Below, piece after piece: positions 9,999 through 18,642 of a stretch of 64,000 nt of DNA. Location of the stretch: positions 240,236-304,235 of the forward strand of contig CP066685.1 in NCBI GenBank assembly GCA_016432345.1, in the 5' to 3' direction. Position 1 is the first letter of the stretch; each line of letters starts with the position of its first letter. This DNA is from Candidatus Levyibacteriota bacterium (GTDB taxonomy: Bacteria; Patescibacteriota; Microgenomatia; Levybacterales; UBA12049). Under the pieces are notes generated by a model. That model saw only the letters and a list, made by a program, of their open reading frames with translations, did not search any database and was not told the origin of the DNA. Both the position numbers and the translations under genes were made by a program.

Positions 9999-10445
9999 TT
10001 AGAATGGTTTGTTTTGTTTTCTGCGTTCTTCCCACTGTTTTCGGCGGACTTCTGTCCAGTTAGTGCCATATTTGGGTGGCAACGCTTGTGTTAAAAAATG
10101 ATCAAGATCTTGCCAAAACTTTTCCCATTTTTCCTTGCTCATAATTTGTTCAACCGCCATTTTGTATCCTTTTCCTCTGTGTGTAAGATTTGTTTTGACA
10201 TTCCAGATAGTTTGATTACTTACTTTGAGTTTATTATTTATTAAAGGATAGTCATGTCCTTTTATAAGCATAAATGCAATCGCTAATCGTTTTGATAGCA
10301 TAAGTTTTTCGGTCGGACTCAAAAGATCATCAAGAAACATAGAAATTTTTTCTTTTGTGGAAAGCATAGCAAGAGACATCCAAAAAAGATCTAAAATTCT
10401 TTCCTCAACATCTTTGTGTAAATACCGTTTTGAAACTTGAGCCAT
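9999..10445 (-). CDS. Trp repressor-like (TrpR/YerC-YecD family) HTH protein
   Basis: FLDDLLSPTE..MLSKRLAIA.ML..G..Y..I...L.VS..TI..V...L...GKGY pattern. Confidence 0.8.
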   Translation of the reverse strand: MAQVSKRYLHKDVEERILDLFWMSLAMLSTKEKISMFLDDLLSPTEKLMLSKRLAIAFMLIKGHDYPLINNKLKVSNQTIWNVKTNLTHRGKGYKMAVEQIMSKEKWEKFWQDLDHFLTQALPPKYGTNWTEVRRKQWEERRKQNKPF

Positions 10446-10455
10446 ATTCTACTTG

Positions 10456-10497
10456 ATGAATAAAATATGATCTTTCGAAAGATCATAGTATGTTCAT
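10456..10497. promoter_or_regulatory. Palindrome TATGATCTTTCGAAAGATCATA (copy 2) just downstream of the putative promoter of the TrpR-like gene
   Basis: Perfect 22-bp palindrome at 10466-10487; minus-strand TTGACA (10530-10525)-17 nt-CACAAT (10507-10502). Confidence 0.65.
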
Positions 10498-10613
10498 TTT
10501 TATTGTGGGGGATTTTTGGAAGGCTGTCAAGGATACAAAAAAAGTAAATGTGAAGACAGTAAAATATTATAGGCTCTTGACATCGGGGGGGGGAATTGTG
10601 TTTACTGGATATA

Positions 10614-11267
10614 ATGGCAGCACTGACAAATCAAAACCAGGGAATGTCCGAAGATACAAAAACAATTATAACAGTGCTGCTTCTCATTTTTGTTTTTCCA
10701 GTAGGCGTTATCCTGATGTGGGTTTGGATGAAATGGCCAACGTGGGTTAAGATTCTCATAACGTTGGTAATGATTCTTCCCTTACTGGTTGTGATTGGTG
10801 CTGTTTCTGCTCTTGGGCTACTTGTTGCTGTAAATCCTGCAGGAATGGTTGTTAAAGCAAACGATACGGCAAGATTAAAGGATTTAGTCACAATTCAGGA
10901 AGCTATTAATAACGCTGCGCAAACTAATTCTTCTTTCTGCAACGGCCAAGTTGGTTTATGTGCAGGAGATTCGACTGATAAATTATACGATGTTAAAAAA
11001 GCAGACGGGACTGGTTGGGTAAAGATTAAGCTTAATTCATTAACAAGTTTGCCAATAGATCCGATTAATGATTCAAATTATTCATATACATATTGTTCTG
11101 ATGGAAAAGATTGGGAAATACAAGCCAGGGTGCAATCAAAACAAATCTTGGAAAAGGCTGCAAATGATGGCGGAGATGATCCCGATCAATATGAAGTTGG
11201 GACAAGATTAACGCTTTGTCAAGAATATCTTGATAAAAATCCAAACTATTTAAAAAGCAATCATTAA
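10614..11267 (+). CDS. Pilin/pseudopilin-like membrane protein
   Basis: VAVNP....KANDTARLKDL..IQ.AI segment typical of CPR pilin-like proteins, plus LPIDP and Cys pairs; N-terminus is hydrophobic helices with no G|FTLIE motif. Confidence 0.55.
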   Translation: MAALTNQNQGMSEDTKTIITVLLLIFVFPVGVILMWVWMKWPTWVKILITLVMILPLLVVIGAVSALGLLVAVNPAGMVVKANDTARLKDLVTIQEAINNAAQTNSSFCNGQVGLCAGDSTDKLYDVKKADGTGWVKIKLNSLTSLPIDPINDSNYSYTYCSDGKDWEIQARVQSKQILEKAANDGGDDPDQYEVGTRLTLCQEYLDKNPNYLKSNH

Positions 11268-11288
11268 TTTTACTGCTGAGATATTGTA

Positions 11289-12314
11289 TTAATCAAAGTA
11301 CAGCTCTGGATTTGCGGTGAGTTTTTTCCAGGAGATCTCTTTATAATTAAAAAACGCTGCTGCGGCGATCATGGCGCCATTATCTGTACAGAGATTTTTA
11401 GGAGGCACAGATAATGAAATTTTCAATTTTAATTTTTCAATTTTCAATGCAAATTCCTCTTTTATTTTTTGATTTGCCGCAACGCCGCCGGAAAGAAGAA
11501 GTGATTTAATATTATATTTTTCTGAAGCTTTGAGAGTTTTTTTAATTAGTACGTCGATTATTGCTTGTTGGATACTTGCTGATAAATCGGCAATTATTTC
11601 ATTGTTTAATTTTTTTATTGTTTTGACTTCACGAAATACTGCTGTTTTTAGGCCGCTAAAACTAAAGTCGAAATCATCCGATCCAATAAGGGGGCGGGGA
11701 AAATTAAATACTTTTGGGTTTCCAAGTTCTGCGGCTTTTTCGATTGCCGGACCTCCTGGATATGATAAGTTCAAAAGTCTTCCAATTTTGTCAAATGCCT
11801 CACCAGCTGCGTCATCGCGGGTCCCTCCCAACCACTTTATTTTTCCATGATCTTTTAATAAAACCAAATCAGTATGTCCACCCGAAACAATGAGCGCAAG
11901 GGCGGGAAATTCAATGTCAGCGTTTAGTTTAGAATCAATAAAGTTAGCGTATATATGACCAATCAGGTGATTTACTGGCACAAGTGGTTTTTTCCAAATG
12001 TATGATAGTGTTTTTGCTGTTTCGACTCCTACTAATAGACTGCCAATAAGTCCTGGGCCATAGGTTATGGCAATCGTATCTATATCGTTATGAGTAAGAA
12101 TAGATTCTTTAAGAGCCTGTTTAATAACTGGAAGAATGTATTGTATCTGTGCTCTTGCAGCAGTTTCTGGAATTATGCCGCCTGTTTTGGCATGCATGGG
12201 GAGTGAGGAGGCGATAACATTTGTAACAAGTTTTACTGTTTTGTCATGGGGATTTGCTTCAATAACTGCGGCTGCGGTTTCGTCGCAGGAAGTCTCAATG
12301 CCTAAGATTCTCAT
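11289..12314 (-). CDS. tsaD: tRNA N6-adenosine threonylcarbamoyltransferase
   Basis: LGIETSCDET, H..GH, VSGGHT, DDAAGEAFDK, CTDNGAMIA. Confidence 0.97.
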   Translation of the reverse strand: MRILGIETSCDETAAAVIEANPHDKTVKLVTNVIASSLPMHAKTGGIIPETAARAQIQYILPVIKQALKESILTHNDIDTIAITYGPGLIGSLLVGVETAKTLSYIWKKPLVPVNHLIGHIYANFIDSKLNADIEFPALALIVSGGHTDLVLLKDHGKIKWLGGTRDDAAGEAFDKIGRLLNLSYPGGPAIEKAAELGNPKVFNFPRPLIGSDDFDFSFSGLKTAVFREVKTIKKLNNEIIADLSASIQQAIIDVLIKKTLKASEKYNIKSLLLSGGVAANQKIKEEFALKIEKLKLKISLSVPPKNLCTDNGAMIAAAAFFNYKEISWKKLTANPELYFD

Positions 12315-12784
12315 TACAGATTTTCAAGTTTTACCTCGCCCCCTTTTTTTATGCCAAATTTTTGGGAAAGTCCGGCATTAATTTCGAGCACTTTATCTGC
12401 TGGCTCATCCGGCCTTAATATTTGTGGAGTTTCGTCTGGAGATGCAAGAGGTTTGGTATTTTCAAAAATAGTAATAATTTTATTTTGATTAATATAGATA
12501 ATATCAATTGGAAATTTCATATTTTTCATCCAGAATGGGTAGGTATCTGGAGTATCAAAAACAAAGATCATGCCAGAATCTTGAGGTATAGATGTTTTTT
12601 CTGATAGGCCAATTTCTTTTTCTTGTGGAGTTTTGGCAATAAGAAGTGAAAATTTATGGTTATTAATTGTTGCCATCGGGGTTTTTGTAAGAAAAGGAAT
12701 ATTCTTTTTAAGATCACTTTGAAAAAAGGCAATACCGCCAATTATAGCCAGAAGAAGCGCAAAGAGTGCCAGGATCATTTTCAT
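12314..12784 (-). CDS. DUF192 domain protein
   Basis: GMIFVF.....FWMKNMKFPIDII...VLEINAG motif. Confidence 0.9.
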   Translation of the reverse strand: MKMILALFALLLAIIGGIAFFQSDLKKNIPFLTKTPMATINNHKFSLLIAKTPQEKEIGLSEKTSIPQDSGMIFVFDTPDTYPFWMKNMKFPIDIIYINQNKIITIFENTKPLASPDETPQILRPDEPADKVLEINAGLSQKFGIKKGGEVKLENL

Positions 12785-13254
12785 AATAATTTTGTTAATT
12801 GGTTTGTCGATTTGTTTTTTATTCTGCTCACAACATCTATAACTTTTGCTTGTATAAGTTTTGCCTGTCTTTCTTTATGATATCTGTTGGGGTCGCCTGT
12901 TGTTGTGGCAATTATAGTAGGTTTGAGTTTAGATATCAAGCTGTCATAGTCGTTATTGTTTTCAAGTTGCGGGAGCATAATAATAGTATTAATAGGTTCA
13001 ATAGTAGCAAGTACCTTGGCTCGATCCGTTTGGGTGTGAATTGGCCTGTTTTTTCCCTTTAATTTTTTTATAGTTTCATCGCTTTCCAAGAGTACAAAAA
13101 GAACATCTCCGTAAGTTTTTGCTTTTTTAAAAAACTCAACATGTCCAGTATGTAAAACATCAAAACAACCACCTATCAAAACAACAGATTTACCTTCCTG
13201 TTTTAACTGTTTTGAAAGTTCTGTTGCTTTTTTAATGTTTAAAATCTTATTCAT
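12781..13254 (-). CDS. Cytidylyltransferase/adenylyltransferase family protein
   Basis: GGCFDVLHTGH (HxGH), KGKNRPI; likely start MNKILN overlapping the upstream stop. Confidence 0.85.
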   Translation of the reverse strand: MNKILNIKKATELSKQLKQEGKSVVLIGGCFDVLHTGHVEFFKKAKTYGDVLFVLLESDETIKKLKGKNRPIHTQTDRAKVLATIEPINTIIMLPQLENNNDYDSLISKLKPTIIATTTGDPNRYHKERQAKLIQAKVIDVVSRIKNKSTNQLTKLL

Positions 13255-14672
13255 TCTTTTGTTCCTTTCAGGTAGATTGCTTGCCACGGACGATAGCGTG
13301 AGACAAACGTATCTGTAATAATAACTTTGCCATCTTTGGCAACTTCACGTGTAAATGTAGCTGTTGCTCCAGGAGCAGCGTAGTCAATTTGTTTTATAGT
13401 GCCTTTAGGAAGAGATGGATCATCTTGATATAAGTTGGGAAGGGCAGGCGTCTGGTTTGTTAGTATAGGTTTACTTATAGTAACTTGCCTATTGTCTTTT
13501 TCGCCATAGAGATAAAACGTTAAACGCTGTATTTTTGGGTCAATTTCAGTTTGGATTAAAATATGATTGTTTGTGTCGTTTTTAAAACGTAAATCAACAT
13601 TTGGAACATAGACAGTTGCATCAAAACCGGGAGGCGAATCTTGTTCGTAATAGCCTACTCTGTAATCATGCGCATGTCTTTCTACAATCGGAAGACCGGC
13701 GTTTAGAATGGCTCTAAAAAGAGTTGTTGAAACTTGACATACTCCTCCCCCATCACCAAGAATGGTTTTTCCTTCTTGAATTATGTATGCTTGTTTATAT
13801 CCAGTGAATGCGGAAACATCGCCAAGCGCCTTGCCAAAGGAAAATGTTTCTCCTGGATCCACAAGAATGCCATTAATTTTTGCTGCTGCTAAGGTAATGT
13901 TATAGATTCTGTTTGGTATGGAATGTTGAAAAAGAGATGTTCCGCTCCCAATAAGCTCTTTAATACCCAAAGTGTTTGCTTGGTCTGTTGTTACTTTTGG
14001 TTTTAATACTTTTAGAGGCACGTCAATTATAATTTTTTTGGTATTAGCGGTTTTTATTAGGTGTGGAATTTTTGAGGAAAGAGACCTTTTAATAGCCTCC
14101 ATATTTACTTCTTGCCCTTCTTTCGATGGTCTAAATGTGGTTACTCTGCCATTTTGAAATTGAAAAAGAGCATCAATAGGTTCAATTGTTGCTTCATTTA
14201 TGATGGGGGTAAGAGACTCTTGCAGTTTGTTTTCCGAGAATTGATATGAAGGTGAAAGACTAACTTCGTTTAGGTACGATTGTAATACAAGACTAATATT
14301 TGAGAGCAGATTATCTGATCTGCCAATGTTTAGAGCTTGTTCTGCCAAAAGACTACTATTATATCCAATATTAAGTTCTTGCGCGGTTATGCTAATTGTT
14401 TTTGTCGGATACACAAATAAAACTTCTGTTTTTCCGATTTGTGAGTTTTTTTGCGCAAAATATATTTTTATATCGCTTGGCTTTTTCCCGCCAAAATCAA
14501 CATTATCAATCATAACTCCTGGAAATACTCTATTTTGGTAATGTTTTTGAAAAATAATAAAAAGAAAGCTGGTAAAGAAAAAAAGGCCAAAAAAAGCGCC
14601 AGTCAGAAACCAAAAAAAACTTTTAATAATTCTAAGAAGTATCTTTTTTTTGGAGGATTGCTTTTTAGTCAT
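13251..14672 (-). CDS. VanW family protein with putative peptidoglycan-binding domain
   Basis: N-terminal TM; NRIYNI..AA..ING....PGETFSF, GGGVCQVSTTLFRA, DLRFKN. Confidence 0.9.
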   Translation of the reverse strand: MTKKQSSKKKILLRIIKSFFWFLTGAFFGLFFFTSFLFIIFQKHYQNRVFPGVMIDNVDFGGKKPSDIKIYFAQKNSQIGKTEVLFVYPTKTISITAQELNIGYNSSLLAEQALNIGRSDNLLSNISLVLQSYLNEVSLSPSYQFSENKLQESLTPIINEATIEPIDALFQFQNGRVTTFRPSKEGQEVNMEAIKRSLSSKIPHLIKTANTKKIIIDVPLKVLKPKVTTDQANTLGIKELIGSGTSLFQHSIPNRIYNITLAAAKINGILVDPGETFSFGKALGDVSAFTGYKQAYIIQEGKTILGDGGGVCQVSTTLFRAILNAGLPIVERHAHDYRVGYYEQDSPPGFDATVYVPNVDLRFKNDTNNHILIQTEIDPKIQRLTFYLYGEKDNRQVTISKPILTNQTPALPNLYQDDPSLPKGTIKQIDYAAPGATATFTREVAKDGKVIITDTFVSRYRPWQAIYLKGTKE

Positions 14673-14715
14673 TTTTATTTGCCTTATTTATTGTGTAGGT
14701 ATTATACTATACCTT

Positions 14716-16143
14716 ATGGAAGAGAATACAATTTTTCAACAAGAAAGCAGTCCTAAAAAAGAAACTCCGCAAAACAGAGCAGTTGCTTCCGAGAAATCTT
14801 CTCCAATGCAAATGCGGCAGCAGCCATTAGATTCAAACGAAAATAGCGGGTTTCCATCTGCTTTGATAATAAAAGGAATACTAGGACTATTTTTTGCAGC
14901 ATTTGTATTTTTTATTGTCATGCAGTTTGTTTTGCCTAAATTTAAACAAACGACAAAAGGAACAGTAAATATTTTGTATTGGGGATTATGGGAAGACGAC
15001 AATATTATGAAAGGAATTATTGCAGATTTTGAAAAGAATAATACAAATATCAAAATTTCTTATATAAAGCAAGATAATAAACAATATAAAAACAGGGTTA
15101 TGACTAGAATTCAAAATGGCAGCGGGCCTGATATTTTTCTTTTCCATAACACCTGGTTGCCGCAAATGTATACTTTTTTATTGCCTTTGCCAAATGATGT
15201 GATGTCAAAAGATGAATTCCAAAATTTTTTTTATCCAGTTGTTATTAATGATCTAACAAGAAGAGGAGCAATATATGGCATTCCGACAAATATTGACGTT
15301 TTAAGTCTTTTTATAAATACAGAGATATTTACAAATGCTGGTGTTATCCCACCAACCAATTGGCAGGAATTTGCAAATACAGCTCGTTTGCTTACGGTTA
15401 AAGATGAGACAGGAAAAATTAAAACATCAGGAACAGCAATGGGAACATTTGATAATATAATTCATGCTCCAGATATTATGTCGCTTCTTTTTGCCCAAAA
15501 CGGCGCAAATTTTTCTGATCTTTCACAAAATCAAAAAAGCGTTGTTGATGCGCTTGATTTTTATGCTTCTTTTGCCAAAGACGAGGGAAAAGTTTGGGAT
15601 ACTTCGCTTGATCCATCAATTATTGCTTTTGCAAAAGGAAATGTGGCAATGTATTTTGGCTATTCGTGGGATATTTTTGCAATAAAACAACTTAATCCGC
15701 AATTTTCATTTAAGGTGGTGTCGGTTCCTCATCTTTCGGGCCGCGCTATGACTATTGCCAGTTATTGGGCAAATGGGGTGTCGGCAAAAAGCAAACATCA
15801 AAAAGAAGCAATGATTTTTATAAAGTTTTTAAGCCAGAAAGATATTATGCAAAAACTTTTTACAGAAGAATCAAAAACCAGACTTTTTGGCGAGCTCTAT
15901 CCAAGAAAAGATTTAGCAGACAGTTTAAAAGACAACCAGCTAGTTTATCCATTTATTAGTCAGGCAAATGATGCCATGTCTTCTTTTTTTGCCAGCGATA
16001 CTTTTGATGATGGGATTAATTCACAGATGAATGCGTATTTAGGCAATGCTGTAAGATCGGTGCTTAATGGCACTTCGGCAGAAACAGCGGTTGAAACTTT
16101 AACAAAAGGCGTCGCCCAAGTGTTAGGTCAATATGGGCAGTAA
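14716..16143 (+). CDS. Extracellular solute-binding protein (carbohydrate ABC type), membrane anchored
   Basis: TM anchor, YWGLWE, GPDIF, IYGIP...D.L.LFIN, F..G.VAMYFGYSW. Confidence 0.85.
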   Translation: MEENTIFQQESSPKKETPQNRAVASEKSSPMQMRQQPLDSNENSGFPSALIIKGILGLFFAAFVFFIVMQFVLPKFKQTTKGTVNILYWGLWEDDNIMKGIIADFEKNNTNIKISYIKQDNKQYKNRVMTRIQNGSGPDIFLFHNTWLPQMYTFLLPLPNDVMSKDEFQNFFYPVVINDLTRRGAIYGIPTNIDVLSLFINTEIFTNAGVIPPTNWQEFANTARLLTVKDETGKIKTSGTAMGTFDNIIHAPDIMSLLFAQNGANFSDLSQNQKSVVDALDFYASFAKDEGKVWDTSLDPSIIAFAKGNVAMYFGYSWDIFAIKQLNPQFSFKVVSVPHLSGRAMTIASYWANGVSAKSKHQKEAMIFIKFLSQKDIMQKLFTEESKTRLFGELYPRKDLADSLKDNQLVYPFISQANDAMSSFFASDTFDDGINSQMNAYLGNAVRSVLNGTSAETAVETLTKGVAQVLGQYGQ

Positions 16144-17041
16144 TATATCGAAAAATATCCTCAAGACAATTTTATATAGCGATCTATTTGATTACCCATT
16201 AACAATAGACGAAATATCATATTTTCTTATAAATGATAGAAAAATACCAAACCAAAGAATTAAAGAATATATACAGGTATCGTCTTTTTTGGTTGAGAAA
16301 AATGGATACATTTGTTTGAGAAAAAGAGAATTTATAATAAAAAAAAGGTTGTTAGCAAAAAAACATAGTGCCAAAAAATACAAAGTCGCAAAAAAGGCAA
16401 GCTGCATTTTATCTTTTATTCCCACGATCTCTCTTGTAGGGGTAAGTGGTACTTTAGCGATGGAGAATGTTTTGGAAAATGATGACATTGATATATGTAT
16501 CGTTGCAAAAAAAAATACGCTTTGGATTACGCGTTTTTTAGCAACCATTTTGCTTGACATATGTAAAATGCGCAGAAAAAGAAAAATGGGGAATGTTTCT
16601 GATAAAATATGTTTGAATATGTTTATAGAAGAAAGTGCATTAGCTTTTCCAAAAGGAAAACAAAATCTTTATACGGCACATGAAGTTGTTCAGATGAAGC
16701 CACTTTTCGATAGGAATAATACATATAAAAAATTCATTTTGGCAAATATGTGGGTTAAAAAGTTTTTGTCAAACGCAACGATTAGATTCAAGATTCAAGA
16801 TTTATCCCGATCAAATCGGGATTTAAGATTTAAGAATAAAGAAAAAAATTCATTATTCGTTAATCATTATTCGTTAATCGTTCTTGAATTTCTTGCCAAG
16901 AAGTTACAGCTTTGGTATATGTACAAACATAGAGAAAATGAGGAGGTGGGAGACCATTTTCTTGCTTTTTATCCATTTGACTATGCAGAAAAAGTACTAA
17001 GCAGATATGAAGAAAAATTGAGAAAATATCATATAGTATGA
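16133..17041 (+). CDS. Hypothetical protein with nucleotidyltransferase-like motif
   Basis: VSGTLA......DDIDI resembles the GS...DxD nucleotidyltransferase motif; LY.DLFDYPLT..E N-terminus. Confidence 0.55.
   Translation: MGSNISKNILKTILYSDLFDYPLTIDEISYFLINDRKIPNQRIKEYIQVSSFLVEKNGYICLRKREFIIKKRLLAKKHSAKKYKVAKKASCILSFIPTISLVGVSGTLAMENVLENDDIDICIVAKKNTLWITRFLATILLDICKMRRKRKMGNVSDKICLNMFIEESALAFPKGKQNLYTAHEVVQMKPLFDRNNTYKKFILANMWVKKFLSNATIRFKIQDLSRSNRDLRFKNKEKNSLFVNHYSLIVLEFLAKKLQLWYMYKHRENEEVGDHFLAFYPFDYAEKVLSRYEEKLRKYHIV
16784..16889. repeat. Heptamer/14-mer repeat tract with an internal hairpin, inside a CDS
   Basis: agattca agattca agattt, hairpin ATCCCGAT-caa-ATCGGGAT, gatttaa repeats, then (tcattattcgttaa)x2. 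Confidence 0.65.
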
Positions 17042-18048
17042 AACTGTATCATCTTGTTGCGTGCGGCGGCACGTTTGACCATTTTCATAAAGGACACAAA
17101 GATTTTTTACAATTTGCTATTTTCCAAACTAACAAACTTATTATCGGGATCACAAGCGACAAATACATTGAAAACTCAAAACTCAAAACTCAAAACTCAA
17201 AACTCATAGAATCATACGAAGAGAGAAGGAAAAATGTTGAGGATTTTTTACGGGAGGAGAATTTTTTTAATAATGCACGGATAGTTTCTATAGATGATAT
17301 ATTTGGGCCGACACTTTCGCAACAGTATCCAATAAAAGCACTTATTGTATCCGAACAAACACAAAGTGGCGCAGAGGTAATTAATAAACGCAGGAAAGAG
17401 AAAAAACTTTTACCTTTGAAAATTATTGTTTATCCCATGACAAAATCGCAAGATGGTAACGTTATTTCTTCTTCAAGAATTAGAATGGGAGAAATTGATA
17501 GAGAGGGAAGGCTTTATATTCAATTTTCCTGGTTATCTCATGCCCTTATACTTCCAGATGATATTAGGCAAAAGTTAAAGCATCCACTGGGAATTTTGTC
17601 AAAAGATATTAAGCATCAATTACAGGATTTGGATTCAGATAAAACAATAACTGTTGGTGATGTTGCAACAAAAGCATGTAATGAACTTTCATTCAATCAG
17701 AAAATATCTATAATTGATTTTGTTGTGCAGAGAGAAAAAAAATTTTCAGATATTTCACAGCTTGGATTTTCGGGAGATGAACAATTGATAGAAGTTGTTA
17801 ATCCACCAGGCAGTTTAACGCCAGAACTCTTTGCATGCGCAAAAGAAATTTTTTCCAAAACTAATAATAATCGTTATATTGTAAAAATTGACGGAGAAGA
17901 AGACTTGGCAGTTTTACCGTTTCTTTTGGCAGCTCCTTTAGGATTTGTAATTTTATATGGCCAGCCGCATGAAGGAGTTGTTGAAATTCAGGTTTCCGAA
18001 AGAATGAAAAAAAGAGCCTTTGATATCGTCTCGAAATTTACCTTATAG
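17038..18048 (+). CDS. coaD: Fusion of archaeal/eukaryotic-type phosphopantetheine adenylyltransferase and DUF359 (GTP-dependent dephospho-CoA kinase)
   Basis: GGTFDHFHKGH and ISSSRIR (PPAT); TVGD, NPPG, DGEEDLA.LP and LYGQP (DUF359). Confidence 0.85.
   Translation: MKLYHLVACGGTFDHFHKGHKDFLQFAIFQTNKLIIGITSDKYIENSKLKTQNSKLIESYEERRKNVEDFLREENFFNNARIVSIDDIFGPTLSQQYPIKALIVSEQTQSGAEVINKRRKEKKLLPLKIIVYPMTKSQDGNVISSSRIRMGEIDREGRLYIQFSWLSHALILPDDIRQKLKHPLGILSKDIKHQLQDLDSDKTITVGDVATKACNELSFNQKISIIDFVVQREKKFSDISQLGFSGDEQLIEVVNPPGSLTPELFACAKEIFSKTNNNRYIVKIDGEEDLAVLPFLLAAPLGFVILYGQPHEGVVEIQVSERMKKRAFDIVSKFTL
17171..17205 (+). repeat. Perfect tandem repeat (AAAACTC)x5 inside coaD
   Basis: Read directly; encodes the ENSKLKTQNSKL segment. 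Confidence 0.95.
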
Positions 18049-18066
18049 TATTATTACTAGAGGTTC

Positions 18067-18143
18067 TTGACAAAAAAAGTAATATACTATACCATTCAGT
18101 TGTTTTCTAATTCCCTCACGATTCTTGCGAGGGAATTTTCTTT
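18067..18143 (+). promoter_or_regulatory. greA promoter and leader hairpin (terminator-like)
   Basis: TTGACA (18067-18072)-17 nt-TACCAT; AATTCCCTC/GAGGGAATT stem at 18109-18137 followed by TTCTTT. Confidence 0.5.
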
Positions 18144-18150
18144 GAAGAGT

Positions 18151-18624
18151 ATGGCGCAGAATAAAAAAATTTATTTAACAAAAGAAGGTTTGGCAGAACT
18201 TAGAAAAGAACTTGAGAATCTTACAAAGACTAGGAGGCCAGATGTATTAGAAAGAGTTTCGCAGGCAAGAAGTCTTGGTGATCTTTCCGAAAATGCCGAA
18301 TATGCTGCGGCTCGAGAAGAACTTTCTTTTATTGATGGAAGAATAGACGAGCTAGAGGAGCTTATTCGACAGGCAAGCGTTATTCATGAAGCCGGCAAAA
18401 GGGGTTCGGTATTGGTGAAGCTTGGTTCAAAAGTTACACTGCACGTAAATGGTAAAAAAGAAAATTTTATGGTTGTTGGTGAATGGGAAGCGGACCCCTT
18501 AGCCAAGAAGATTTCGCACGAATCCCCTCTTGGCAAGGCGTTAATTGGAAAAAAGGTTGGAGAAAAAGTTGAAGTAACTGCACCGGCAGGTAAAATACTG
18601 TATACTATTGTTAGTGTTGATTAA
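18151..18624 (+). CDS. greA: Transcription elongation factor GreA
   Basis: LTKEG...L..EL, ARSLGDLSENAEY, IS.ESPLGKALIG. Confidence 0.97.
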   Translation: MAQNKKIYLTKEGLAELRKELENLTKTRRPDVLERVSQARSLGDLSENAEYAAAREELSFIDGRIDELEELIRQASVIHEAGKRGSVLVKLGSKVTLHVNGKKENFMVVGEWEADPLAKKISHESPLGKALIGKKVGEKVEVTAPAGKILYTIVSVD

Positions 18625-18642
18625 AACTGCCCGCTTACGAAC

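Noticed and set aside
18625..18642. Lysine riboswitch or T-box before lysC
   Set aside because: Only 18 nt separate greA and lysC.
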